Assembly: GCA_964016885.1 (NCBI GenBank) | Contig: OZ024741.1 | Span: 168,888,001 to 168,952,000, forward strand | From: Eledone cirrhosa | Taxonomy: Eukaryota | Direction: 5' to 3' | DNA: 64,000 nt | Shown: in pieces, positions 13,447 through 27,977 of the stretch | Layout: every line of letters starts with the position of its first letter | Numbering within the stretch: the stretch's first letter is position 1 | Program-made: the position numbers and the translations under genes | The notes under the pieces: generated by a model | The model's input: the letters and a program-made list of their open reading frames with translations, nothing else | Told to the model about the DNA's origin: nothing | The model's database searches: none

Positions 13447-13723
13447 CCTTGTCTGGCTTTCTGGAGAATAGAGGAAAGGTGTTTCCTCAAAAACCAGTAT
13501 GACTCTAAAAACCGGTTTGTCTGTGTGAATAGCTGGACACTCACAGTAAAGTGACCAGTGAAAAACTCGGTACATCTACATATGTATACGTGTGTGTATT
13601 CATATGCATACTAGTATTTCAGTATACATATGTGGATGTACATTTTTAACTTAATTGTTTAAGCGTCAGTCATACAAAAGTGAGTTACAAACGAAACGAA
13701 ATTTAATTTCGTTTCGTTATTTG

Positions 13724-13776
<53 letters not shown>

Positions 13777-14079
13777 TTCCAGCTCTTGAATATCCCCACT
13801 CACCGGTTTTATTTCAACACCCCCGCTTATTACATTTTGACAATCTATGTCCGGCGAAATTTTATTGTAAGTGATTCATATTGGTACAGCAACTGGAGAA
13901 TCTAATAATAATTTTATTTTACATTAATAAAACATTATATATGACAAAAAAAAAGAACAAGAAACCCCATATTTACGAACGTACACTATGCAATTACCGA
14001 TTCCCCACACACGTTTATAAGAATTTAAGCAAATGTCCAATCCCCCGCTTATTTCATTTCCCCTATTATTTTGGACCTG

Positions 14080-14239
<160 letters not shown>

Positions 14240-14364
14240 CGAAGGAGGTGTGGTAAAGAACCAGATGGACCATAACGCACCAGAGTACTCAATACTTAGG
14301 GTAGTAGAGTGGTTAATAGGAAAAAGTTTAACCCCGACGGCAGAGCTCAACCCGTTTCGACGGC

Positions 14365-14396
<32 letters not shown>

Positions 14397-14468
14397 CAAT
14401 ATCGGAGAAAGCTTTTTAGTGATACTCCGGCCAAATTCCAACTCACTCAACAAACATTAGGAAATAAG

Positions 14469-14522
<54 letters not shown>

Positions 14523-14531
<9 letters not shown>

Positions 14532-14943
14532 GTAAACGGAATAGAAAATGCTGACAAATTGTTCACAGTTAAAAAATGGTTTAATTAGGGATAAAAGAGT
14601 ATTAGTGATTGTATGGGTTAGTATTCAGTTGTGCTTTTAAGTTTTTAAGTTTTTACCGGTTGCGCATTTCTAAATGCTTTTCAAAAATAATTTTGAGATA
14701 GAGTGTCCGTGCTGTTTGCAAACAGCACGGACACTCTATCTCAAAATTATTTTTGAAAAGCATTTAGAAATGCGCAACCGGTAAAAACTTAAAAACTTAA
14801 AAGCACAACTGAATACTAACCCATACAATCACTAATACTCTTTTATCCCTAATTAAACCATTTTTTAACTGTGAACAATTTGTCAGCATTTTCTATTCCG
14901 TTTACCAATATATAATAACTTGTGTGTTACACCTCTATTCTTT

Positions 14944-14947
<4 letters not shown>
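14523..14947 (+). mobile_element. Perfect ~390-bp palindrome (centre 14718/14719) + ~33-nt tail in (TA)n; degenerate HHR in each arm
   Basis: No arm mismatches seen; TTGAAAA-gcattt ag aaatgc-GCAA-ccgg-TA-aaaa at 14753-14787. Confidence 0.8.
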
Positions 14948-16115
<1,168 letters not shown>

Positions 16116-16125
16116 CATATGCACA

Positions 16126-16241
<116 letters not shown>

Positions 16242-16431
16242 GTATATATATATTTTTTTTTTCAGTACTACGCTTCAACTTCATTTGCATATTCATCAAA
16301 ATAATTTGAAATATTTGTTTTTTCCTTTCTTCCCTTTTTCTCTTTTTCCCTCTTTCCTTTCACTAACAGACGAAACTTGAACCGATAAGGTCTCATTCCT
16401 AGGTATGTAAATATTTATAAAACAAACTTTG

Positions 16432-16492
16432 TATTTTATCTGATGAGAGGATACCAAAGTTTTGGTACCCTTGAAATATATATAATAGAATA
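16432..16492 (+). ncRNA. Type-I hammerhead ribozyme (family B), intact core
   Basis: tattttat-CTGATGA-gaggatacca aagttt tggtaccctt-GAAA-tatata-TA-atagaata; the insert ends ~45 nt later in (TA)n. Confidence 0.85.
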
Positions 16493-16533
16493 AATATGGT
16501 TTTATAAATATAGTTTCCATTTATTAATATCAT

Positions 16534-16586
<53 letters not shown>

Positions 16587-16959
16587 CGTTTAGTTTCTAT
16601 TTTTCCACATTTGCATGGATTAGACAGATTGTTATGTAATGAGAAAGATCAGTTCAGCTGACATGTTTTGCATTTTGGCTTTGTTTTTATGGTCAGGCAC
16701 CCTCCCTAATGCCAATTAGGTTACAATGGGGTCTGGGTGTTTTTTAACATGGCACTAAAAACGACCACCTTACAGGGTAGACTGGGTGCTTTTCTCTTGT
16801 GTTACCAGCATGACCACCATATCGAATCAACTGGGGAAATTTTTTGTTGTGGCACTAGATCACCATACAGAGTGGACAAAACCTTTGCTGCTCAGTGTCC
16901 ACGCTGCACCCGCTCCTTATATTCTTTGAAATCATTTCCCCGCACCTTTCTTGGACAGT

Positions 16960-17165
16960 CGCTCTCGGACAGGTTTGCGGTCGTGCCCCTAGCAGTGGAG
17001 ACTTCTGGTGTCCTTGGCCATAGGGCTACTTCCCTACTTACCACCGTAGACGCTGAGCTGGCTAGTCGCAGGTGTGAGCCTCGTGAGATGGAATGGCTCT
17101 TCCAGTGCATCTCCCTTACCATCCTCCGGAGCAACATCTTCTCCATTCTGTCCACCGGGTCCCTG
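16960..17165 (+). mobile_element. CRE-clade-like LINE C-terminal RLE fragment
   Basis: FAVVPLAVETSGVLG...WLFQCISLTILRSNIFSIL resembles the F.P.AVET.G..G / LFQRIS.AIQRGNA..IL end of CRE elements. Confidence 0.65.
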
Positions 17166-17781
17166 GGACTCCATTTGTTCAAAATACAGAGAGATGGGGA
17201 GGGCGAGAGAGATGAAGGCGATGACAGTGTTCGGACCTGGTGTGCAGCGTCAGTTGTCCGTAGGGAGGTAATGGTTTGTACTTAGCTAAGGTTTTTAGAA
17301 CCTTGTGTTTGCGATTCCTGTATGTATTATAATATGTTTGGGTTCAACGTAATCCTGTTACATTTTTCTGTCCACTTAATATTCAATTGTACAAGGAGAT
17401 CACTTTATAATTGCTACAGATCTCCTAAAAAGATGACATGAACATGTCCATGCACGTTTTCCTTTCCCTTAGAAGGCTTTCCACTTGTGATGCATTTACA
17501 GTAAACCACCGTCATATTTATTCTCTACATAACCCAATGTCGAAACATGGTGGTAACAAGGGACAGAGGTGGTAACAAACGTCTCACAGTTTTCAAGAAA
17601 TTTCAAGAAGCTGTTCAGCAAATTGAAGTCACCAACAGTGATGATGCATGTCTGTCTTTCAGCAAACAGCTTTGAGACCCCTAACTGATCGTCTGGGAAA
17701 TGCCTAGGTTTGATGAAGAATAAATATTTGTTAAATAGAAACTACTTTCTTTTCCACTTCATATTTATATACACATATATG

Positions 17782-17839
<58 letters not shown>

Positions 17840-17841
<2 letters not shown>

Positions 17842-17935
17842 GGAGGTGAGTTTTATTGTAGTACAATAAAGCAATGCAGATAATGCGCATAATAAAATAC
17901 AAGGAACTCTTTTAACCATCTTTTGATATTATATA

Positions 17936-17942
<7 letters not shown>
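17840..17942. mobile_element. Two-piece inverted micro-insert of family C (see 55445-55891)
   Basis: 17840-17882 is the reverse complement of tail end ~55850-55892; 17883-17942 matches 55751-55810 in forward orientation. Confidence 0.85.
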
Positions 17943-17998
<56 letters not shown>

Positions 17999-18048
17999 CA
18001 TATGTGCATATATATACATATATGTGTATGTATATATGTATATATGTG

Positions 18049-18099
<51 letters not shown>

Positions 18100-18134
18100 C
18101 TGAAAATTGCAAACTCGACTGTCACCACATATCA

Positions 18135-18173
18135 TGAACCTGAAGATTGCGAAAGCATGAAAGTACTTGTTCA
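18135..18173 (+). ncRNA. 39-nt minimal type-I hammerhead, intact core, in a ~190-nt insert between (TA)n tracts
   Basis: tgaac-CTGAAGA-ttgc gaaa gcat-GAAA-gtac-TT-gttca; palindromic stem III agtact. Confidence 0.8.
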
Positions 18174-18287
18174 ATTAACACTTAGAATTTAATATTCTAT
18201 CATACTATTTCATTATAATACCATTATATATATTTTAAAGGATTGTAAATAAAACGAGTAAATCAGACAAAGTTGGAATTCCTCTTA

Positions 18288-18343
<56 letters not shown>

Positions 18344-18352
18344 TATTTATAT

Positions 18353-18428
<76 letters not shown>

Positions 18429-18438
18429 GTTTATATAT

Positions 18439-18473
<35 letters not shown>

Positions 18474-18956
18474 GCAGTGTCTTTCCAATAGAAAACATAT
18501 ATATATATATATATGTGTGTTTGTGATTGTGTGTGTATGTATGTATTCTACTGGTATGACAAAATGCCACTTCAGTATTGATGGGAAACTTTGCAAATCA
18601 GTTAGAAGTAGAGGATGTTCCTATTTTAAATTCTCCTGTTGACCGGATACAATCGATCACAAGTTACGTTAAAACCAACCATATCAATATTACTACTTCC
18701 TCCTTCTTCTCTTGTATATTAGTATATGATGGTGATTCTCATTAGAACGAAGAAATCTAAATATTTGTTATCATTTTAATGCCTCTGTTTTATTGACCTC
18801 ATTTTACATTGACCTCATTCATATCATCGCTGTCATACTATAACACATCTGTTTGACGTGCTTTATGGCTCAAACTTACAAATTCTAGCTTAGTGTCAAG
18901 AAAATTAGTTTTTGTCCCATTTAGTGGGTTTTTTTTGCTATTAAACAATATCGTGA

Positions 18957-19470
18957 GGGCGGTGGATTGGCAGTATCGGTAGAGCATTGGACTCTTTGGC
19001 ATATAGTTACGTCTCTTTACGTTCTGAGTTCAAATCCCGCCGAAGTTAGCTTTGCCTTTGATCTTTACAGCGTCGATAAAATGAAGTACCCGTAAGGCAC
19101 TGGAGTAGATTTAGTCTCCCCTATCCCACCCTGAAAAAATTGTTGGCCTTGTGCCTGAATCAGAAACCATTATTAATCAATATTGTTTCACCTCTATGCA
19201 TTCTGAGTTCAAACTCCACTGAATTTAACTTAGCTTTTCATCATTCTAGGCTCAATAAAATACGGTACTAGTCAAGTACTGGGGTTGATATATATTGTTC
19301 CAGCTCTTTACATTCTGAGTTCGAATCCCACTGAGGTCAACTTTGACTTTCATCCTTAGAAGGTTGATAAAATAAAGTACCAGTCAAGTATTTACGTACA
19401 TATCTATATAATCGGCTTTCCTTTCCGACTCAATATTACTGGCCTTGAGCCAAACTTTGAAGCCGTTATT
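18957..19470 (+). mobile_element. Cluster of three tRNA-derived SINE copies (one full length, two partial)
   Basis: gggcggtggattggcagtatcggtagag...ctgagttcaaatccc...; core repeated at ~19200 and ~19315. Confidence 0.8.
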
Positions 19471-19474
19471 GATT

Positions 19475-19980
19475 CTTCTTCTTGAGAGAGTCGTCGGGAA
19501 AAAGTCCTCAAAAACTCCTTCTAGTGGGTACTGTCATCAGCAACCCTCACCAATTGATCCTGCTGGATTCCCAAGTGAGACCAACCGAGCTCATGGATGT
19601 TATCCAATCATCTTGCTCGAGGTCTACTCCTGGATCTTCTGCCAGTTGGTTGTGCCTGTAGAATCTGTCCAGCGATTCCTTAATGGGACATTCTAACCAC
19701 ATACCCGTAATTCGAAGACGTAGTGGCTCTACTTGGAGCGATTATCTGATTTCTGATCTAACGTTACTCCAAAGTCCCTTCGGAGGAACCTCATTTCGGC
19801 CGCTTGTATTCGCGATCGTATTCTTTCGATCATTACTCAAAATTCATGACCATAGCTAAGGGTTGGCACGAATGTCGAATTGAAAATAGCGAGTTTGGGT
19901 TTTACACCTACCCCCTTCTTCTGGCGCATTACTGCACCTGCTCCTGCAATTCTTGCACTTAATTCAATGTGGGAATCTGA
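19475..19980 (-). mobile_element. RTE-like LINE 3' fragment
   Basis: Minus strand reads FVPTLSYGHEF*VMIERIRSRIQAAEMRFLRR. Confidence 0.7.
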
Positions 19981-21754
19981 CTTTGCCAAGGGTGCATACT
20001 GTCACCATTATTAATTGATATTGTATATTTTCTTCTTTTACACATATATACATAGGGAGTCGACTCAATCACCAAGCATCAAATGTAATCCTTTTAGCAT
20101 TGAGATGGTATCCACCATTAATTGCTTTTCTCAGCCCGAAATGTATGTGTTCGGCACCCATCACTTCCAATAATGAGTATTCCAGCTGTTCAAACAATGG
20201 ACCATCCTGTTTGTGGAATTCACGTGCAACTTGTTAAGTGTTGCACAAACACGTGTACCTCTAACATAGTTTCTCAGTGAGATTTAGCAGAACACATTGT
20301 ATAACATGGCTGGCCATATGAATTACAGGTACAACTCAGTTTTGGTAGTCGAATGGACTGGAGGAATCTGAAATAAAATGTCTTATTCAAGGATACAATG
20401 TATCACTGGAAATCGGAATCATGATATTACCATCATGAACCCAACATCCTAAACAGTTGGTTACACTCCAAAATTATTTCTGATTTTTAAAAAAAATTTC
20501 TCTTCAAAATAAAATCGTTTATTGTATTCAAATTTTGGACAAAACAAAATTCATATTATTTCATGGTTAAAAATTTAATATTCAATATTTCTCACATGAC
20601 TGTCTTCGATTTATTTTAATCAAATCGGCAGCAGGGTGTTCCATATTGCTAATTTTAATTTTACTCTAATCCTTCTGAACTACCAAATACAAGTTCTTGC
20701 TTTCAAAATGTCTGAATTTCTTTGGGAATTGACTTTTGTTACCACATTTCTAATGAATAATGTTGCCTATAATTTTCAAATAATTTTGAAAATAATCAAC
20801 AATGTGGAAAGATTTAATAATATAAATAAAACTTTGTCATAATAATCCTGGAGTGTGAAATATAACAAACATTTTCACATAAAAATCACGATGGAAGTAT
20901 TTTTAGATAAATATAAGCTCTTTCATATAAGCCGTTTTATAATGTAGAATTATAGGGGCAATTTCAGGTAGTTTGGTATTAAAAGGGTTAATGATCTGCT
21001 ATAAATATTTCAGACATTTCCACCTGGGGACATTGTCCAGGTCAGAAGAATCTTCCAATTATCTAGAAAGGTGTAGAAAGTAAAAAGGAAAGGAAATTGT
21101 TCTTAACGTCTAATGTAATCGTAGGGATGCCGTCCTGCCACACAATGTGTATTGGGCATTTAACTCTTCCATCCATCTTTATGTCTGAAAATCGTCGATT
21201 TCTTCCAAAGAAGAAGTGACAATGCGAAAGCAATGAAGAGACATAGGGAAAGACTCTTCATCCCCAGTACTGGACTGGTACTTTATTTATCGCCTTTGAA
21301 AGGGTAAAAGGCGCAGTTGATTTTGGAGCAATTTGAACATAGAGCAAATAATACCAGAACAATTACCGAGACATTTAATTTGACACTCTAAAACTTCTGC
21401 CAATTAACCACCTAGGAACAGTGTAACTAGTTTTAAATCATCTGATTGGACCAAGGAAACCATGTTTTCATTGGACTTTTCATTGCTGATATAATTTGCC
21501 AGTTGCAACTCCTGGCAGATGGAGGTGAGATTTGAACTCAGATACACAGAAGCAGACTAGTGTATTTTTCACATAAATGATCCCACATTGGTTCGATCAT
21601 CAAATATTTTCGTTGATTGTTGACTTCTTTAAAGTTTTCATTTGGTATTTTTGTTTATATCTGTTAGCCAACTAGGTAGCAAGATAACTACCTTATTTTG
21701 TGTGTGTATGATACGATTAGAGTATAATACAACTTATATTAAGTTATTGACGGA

Positions 21755-22100
21755 TGTTACACGAGGATGTTGAGAATGGCTCTCAACATTTCTTGGAAAC
21801 AGAAGCTGACAAATAAAGAACTATACAAATCACTACCACCAGTCTCAAAAAAGTTGTCTGCCGACGAATGAAACTGGCTGGGCACTGCATCCGTCATCCA
21901 GAAGAGATTGCATCACAACTTGTGCTCTGGAACCGACGGTCGGACGAATAAGCGTGGGAAGACAGGCCGTCTCATTCATTGATACCTTGCTGGGAGATGC
22001 CAACATTGATAACATCGATGAACTGAGAAATGTCATGTTCGACCGAGACGATTGGAGAAAGCGTGCGGAATCTTTGCGAGTGTTAACTTGATCGAAGAAG
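21755..22100 (+). mobile_element. RTE-like LINE 3' fragment
   Basis: GCYTRMLRMALNISWKQKLTNKELY...KLAGHCIRHPE...DRDDWRKR. Confidence 0.75.
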
Positions 22101-23291
22101 TTATTAAGCTAAAAAAGGACATATATTGCACCCTTGTGTATCATACCACATAGCCATTGTCTACGTGAATATTTTGCTCTTACTTGGAAGGGGACAATTG
22201 TTTACCCTCTTTAATACGAGAAACTAAGTATTAAAATAGATGGACAATATATTCTAATTTACACACACAAAATATTAAAAAAATATTCAGACTTTCGAGA
22301 CAACAAAATTGATATTACTAATGAATCAGAAAAGAAAAATCAAAATTCAGGAACAAAATTTAAATATTGAAAGCAGACACTAGAAATCTTGGAACGTGAC
22401 GAATATTTAATCTCTGTCTAAATACCAATCTGAGATAGGCTTATAATTTAAACTATCTAATAAAATTAAAACTTATGAAAATAGTAACGAAATTAAGGAA
22501 AACGTTGTTTGCAATCATACAACAAATCTTATGAAAAAATTGAAATATTGAAACAGAATAAAGAAAAAGCAAGGATGTTTCACTTATAAAAATATAACTC
22601 TCATTACAAACATAATGAAATGATAACAGAAAGTATTGATATCTGATTGGAAATTTTTACAGTGAAAATAATACATATAGTAGGAATTATTTGATATTGA
22701 TCATCAGAAAGATTATGTGTGCGTGTGTGTGTGAATTTGTGTGTGCATGTGTGTATGTGTGTGTATGTTCTGTGTATATATATGTGTGTGTGTGTGTGTG
22801 TGTTTGTGTGTGTGGGTATGTGTGGGTGTTAAATTAAATTTACAAATAGCTAGAGGAAAGAGATTAAAAAATAGAACCAAATTTCATATTTTGAGTGTCA
22901 TTTCAATATTGCCATTCAATTTGAAATACTCAAATATGTGTATGTACGTATATATTTGATTATATATGTTCTGGCTCGTTAATTTATTAACCTGCCATTG
23001 AACCACATTGGCATATGGTTGGATAGTACATGTGTCCTTATACGTTTTATACGTGTAGGGATATATACTTTATTATTATTAATCTCCCCCTGGTCGAGAT
23101 AAAACTTGGTGGTTTTGACTACTTCTATACATAATGGTAGTAGGATGACCTCCCAGCCTCTGCCTTCTATCTTTGCACACGGCACTGGACAGAATTACTT
23201 CCACATCATTCATTCTCATCTCGGGAACAATTTTGAATAGCGCCAGTTCGTAATTCGAACTCGGGAATTTTATATTCTCCGAGTGAAAAGA

Positions 23292-23378
23292 ACCTTCTGC
23301 CGAGAGTTTATCTTTTCAATGGAGGCCCGCAAGGACTATCCATTTATTTTTGAGACTCGAAACAGTTTCGGTAAAGGT
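23292..23378 (+). ncRNA. Type-I hammerhead with extended stem II, one core change (CTGCCGA)
   Basis: acctt-CTGCCGA-gagttt...agactc-GAAA-cagtttcg-GTA-aaggt; the insert ends ~70 nt later in (TA)n. Confidence 0.7.
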
Positions 23379-23445
23379 AACCATAGTAAGTACAGTGAAT
23401 TTTTTGAAATTTATTTTGGAAATTTTTCTTATTTGCTAAACCTTG

Positions 23446-24055
<610 letters not shown>

Positions 24056-24483
24056 TTGGAAATTTAGTCAAATCGAATCTCTGGCGGTTTGCAAGCAAAT
24101 TCGGCCTACTTATATGAAATGATGAGTTAGCAAAGCACCCGATAAGGTAGGACCTTAGAGTAATAACATACGTTTAAATAGCTTGACAAATCGAACATTG
24201 TGGTAGGCAAAATCTAACACACGATAATATACCAAAGTAACGATAGAACTAACAGGTTGAGAAAAATACACCTGGACAAATCAAACGATTATACGTTTAA
24301 AGTGTTTATTTGAATCCAAAATCAAATATCAGACTTACGTGACTGGCAAGCTCGTGGTATTCATGATCGAACAGAGGATTCAGTTTTTCAACAGGTTTTC
24401 CTTCTACCCAGAACAGGGGTGATAGGCTAAATGTTGCTGCTAGATGCAGTGTATCGTATCTATAGCTGTCACGTGTTAATTCC

Positions 24484-27400
24484 ATGACCGAACTGAGTAT
24501 TGACGAAAGGACCTATCCCTGCAACCCTAGGACACAGAGACTATCCATTAAAGACCATAAACCGGACTTCCAGTCAAAACTACCGGTCAGGCTCATAGCC
24601 CCTTCCAAATCGGACCTAGGTAGACTTAGCAAATCAATCATTGACCGAATTATACCTGAACTTAGCAATAGAACTAAACTCAGCCTATAGTCTTGTACAA
24701 AGGAGGTAATCGACTGGTTTTGTACCATTGAAACTAAGTCGAATGTTCGATTAGTCCAATTGGACATTACGAACTACTACGCATATATATTCCCAATCAT
24801 CCTTAACAAGGCACTGATCTCATCCATTAACAGATCAAGCCTCACTAGAAAGGAAGTGGAATAATAATAACAGCTAGGAAAGCTTTACTGGAATTCGATG
24901 GAAGATTGTGGGAATGACAGAATAGACCAGATAGCTTCGACATCACCATGGGATCGACTGACTCCGCACAGGTTACAGATATAGTAGGCATATACCTCCT
25001 AAATATATTAACAGAAGAGATCCCCTCCTTAGGCGGTGGCTTAGACCGTGACGATGCCCTACTATTGACCCGTGGACTCAATAATAGCCAATTAGATAGA
25101 CTACACAAACGACTTAGGTACATATTTAGGACCCAAGGCTTAGCAGTAGAAATTGAACCTAACAATAGGACAGTAAACTTTTTAGATGTCACCCTAGAAT
25201 TAGACTCAGGCCTCTACCGTCCATTCCACAAACCTAATGAAAATCTTAAATACGTCAACAGACACTCCAACCACCCTAGGAGCATAATTAACTCAATAGT
25301 TAAAAGCGTCTCCAATAGAGTGTCCACCCTGTCGGCTAATGGAAACATCTTCAAACAGCACGCGGAATACTACAACTCCGCACTTGTAAACGCTGGTTAC
25401 ACTGAGAAGATTTCTTACATCGACCCAAATAGAACCGTAACGCCGCTAAACATAACCGGACCCTTATAAACGGACATAGAAGAAATCACCACACATAGGA
25501 CAAACAATAACCTAAGACCCTCCGTAGTCGACAGGGCAGACAGCGCCACACATAACTGTCTAGGAGATAAAGCCATACTCTCCAACCCCAATAACGACTC
25601 CGACTATCGCACACTTTTGCGTAGCAATAGAGACAAAAGATATAACGCCAATAGATTACTTGGAACCACTATGACACATACACCTGACCAAAACACACAC
25701 AAACTTCCCCCCAACCACAAAAACCTCACTAAACACCGCAGAAACCGAAGTAGACCTATCACATGGTATAACGCCCCGTATTCTATACACGTCGCCACTA
25801 ACATACCGGGAACCTTCTTCAGGGCTCTCGAAAAATCTTTTCCACGCACACATAAATACCACAAGCTCTTCAATAGACACACCGTAAAATTCTCTTTCTC
25901 CACAGCACCAAATCTAGGCCACACTAATAGGGTAAAAATACGAAAACACATGGTTTCCCCACAACAAACCACCACCACAACCCAGAACGAAACCACACAC
26001 ACAAGACAACACAACAACCCACACATCAGACCCACACCGCATGACACCAACCGCCAACGTGCCACCACAGCGTTTACACCCAACTGCAACTGCAAAAAAC
26101 GGGCCGAATGCCCACTAAACGGGGAGTGCCTCGTTAAAAATATTGTTTACCGGTGTGATGTCACAGCCGGCAATAAGGAGTACTCATATATAGGTGCGAC
26201 ATCCACTACGTTTAAGGAGCGCTGGTATAACCACAGACGCTCCTTCAAACATAGACTGAAACGACCCCAAATCAGACTGGCCGATTTGATCTGGGACCTC
26301 AAGGAGAGGAATATTGAACCCCAGATCTCGTGGTCAGTGAAAAGACGCGTGGCACAACTCCCCAGTAACAGAAACCACTGCAGATTATGCCTGGCTGAGG
26401 CGGCGGAAATAATTAAATTAAAATCCGCCATAAACTATAGGTCGGACATAATTGTCAATTGCAGACACACCAGGCTGAACACCTTTTCCGCACAAACATT
26501 CGGGGGAGGGCCACGCTCTAACCATGACCCACCATAATAATAAACACCTCTGCCCCGTATCACCATCGCCCATCTCAGCGAATTTATTAATTTTATTTTA
26601 TTTTATCTTATTTTATTGTATTGCATGTAACCATTTGTAAGCCCGCATTTTGTATACCATGCCGCATACATCACCGCCACCAAAAATCACACTAACCATG
26701 ACGCAGCATAATAATAACCACCTCTGCCCAGTCTCACCATCGCCCATCTCAGCGAATTTATTTTATTGTACTGCATGTAACCATTTCTAAGCCCGTATTT
26801 TGTATATCATGCCGCATACATCACCCCACCAAAAATCACATCGCCATACACCCCTTATCCTTGCAACATTGTGTTCGATCGGTCTTCTATGATAGGTTTT
26901 ACCTTACAATCCATAGTAACATCGGATCTTGTAAATACAATGTCGATCATACCACACCATCGCCACTACCACCACACCACACATCGTCATATGTCTACCA
27001 TACACACCCGCAACCTTATCCCCCCATGTTCCCTCTGTCTACCCTAACCTACAACCCCACGCTAAATTCGACCCTGTAAATGTACTGTCACGCGCACACA
27101 CCAGCACCGCCACCACTAGATACATCCACATACTTCAACAATCATTAACATCATTAACATCAACACATATCATCCCTCACTCCCAGATCGACTGTATTAT
27201 ATCCGCCCCCCCCCCACCCCACCCCTCGTCTGCCTTACCCTGTAGCACACCGTAACTTCTGATCATGTAATCATTTTGTCGAACATATCACCCCAGCACC
27301 ACCACCACCACCACCACCACAACACACATCGCCATACGTCCATTAAACTCTTCTCTCCCGCGTTCCCTATGTCACCTTTTAACCTTTAACCCATCGCACT

Positions 27401-27720
27401 ATTCGATCTTGTATATTTCTGTCGCTCACACCCCCACCACAACCACCACCACCACCACAAGACACAACTCCATACTTCATCAACACCGCCAACACATACC
27501 TTCCCTCCCGAACCAACGCAAGTGTGTGTGTCTGTGTGTATTCTTTACATATACGGGTGGTTACGTTCCTAGAACACCCGCGAAGAATGAGAAACAGTGA
27601 ATAGTGGACGTGGTCCGCAAAAATACCTGTAAACATCAAAATACCACGTAAATTATAAAAAAAAAAAGAGGGAGCGTCTTCTGCAAAGAGGATTCCAATA
27701 GGCCGGCAAATACGGTATAT
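24484..27720 (+). mobile_element. Penelope-like element (RT, thumb, Cys-rich linker, GIY-YIG; Neptune-like), 5'-truncated and frameshifted, with long 3'UTR
   Basis: KDHKPDF..VRLIAPSKSDLG; FDITMGS; (D)RDD; VNFLDV; SNHP; CNCKKRAECPLNGEC; NIVYRC..YIGAT..FKERWYNH; CRLCLAE; INYRSDIIVNCRH. Confidence 0.93.
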
Positions 27721-27977
27721 TGTGATTAATAATTGTTTCTACGTTAGGCACAAGGCCAGCAATTATCCAGTGTATTACTGGTACTTTATTTTATATTGTG
27801 ATTAATAATTTAGCGTTAAAACATATTTATTGCCATGAAAAAAGCCATAAAAAAAATCGCGGAAGATTACGATTACGTGAATATGCGGTGGTTTCCACGA
27901 ACAATTATAAGGTTTTAGGGAAATTCCGCGAATAACCCGGGCCGCCATTGCCGGGGATACACTGTATATATATATAT

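Larger units (their letters stand above)
12737..13730 (+). mobile_element. Retrozyme-like element: 455-nt non-coding monomer (1.4 tandem copies, one HHR) + inverted 366-nt arm, (TA)n both sides
   Basis: Direct repeat 13104-13275 / 13559-13730 (period 455); HHR at 13402. Confidence 0.85.

Noticed and set aside
18957-19045. tRNA gene (A and B boxes)
   Set aside because: It is the head of the high-copy SINE and does not form a full cloverleaf.
24895-24925. In-frame TGA in the Penelope RT as possible selenocysteine
   Set aside because: The element has other stops, frameshifts and a mutated YxDD; simple decay is more likely and no SECIS was identified.
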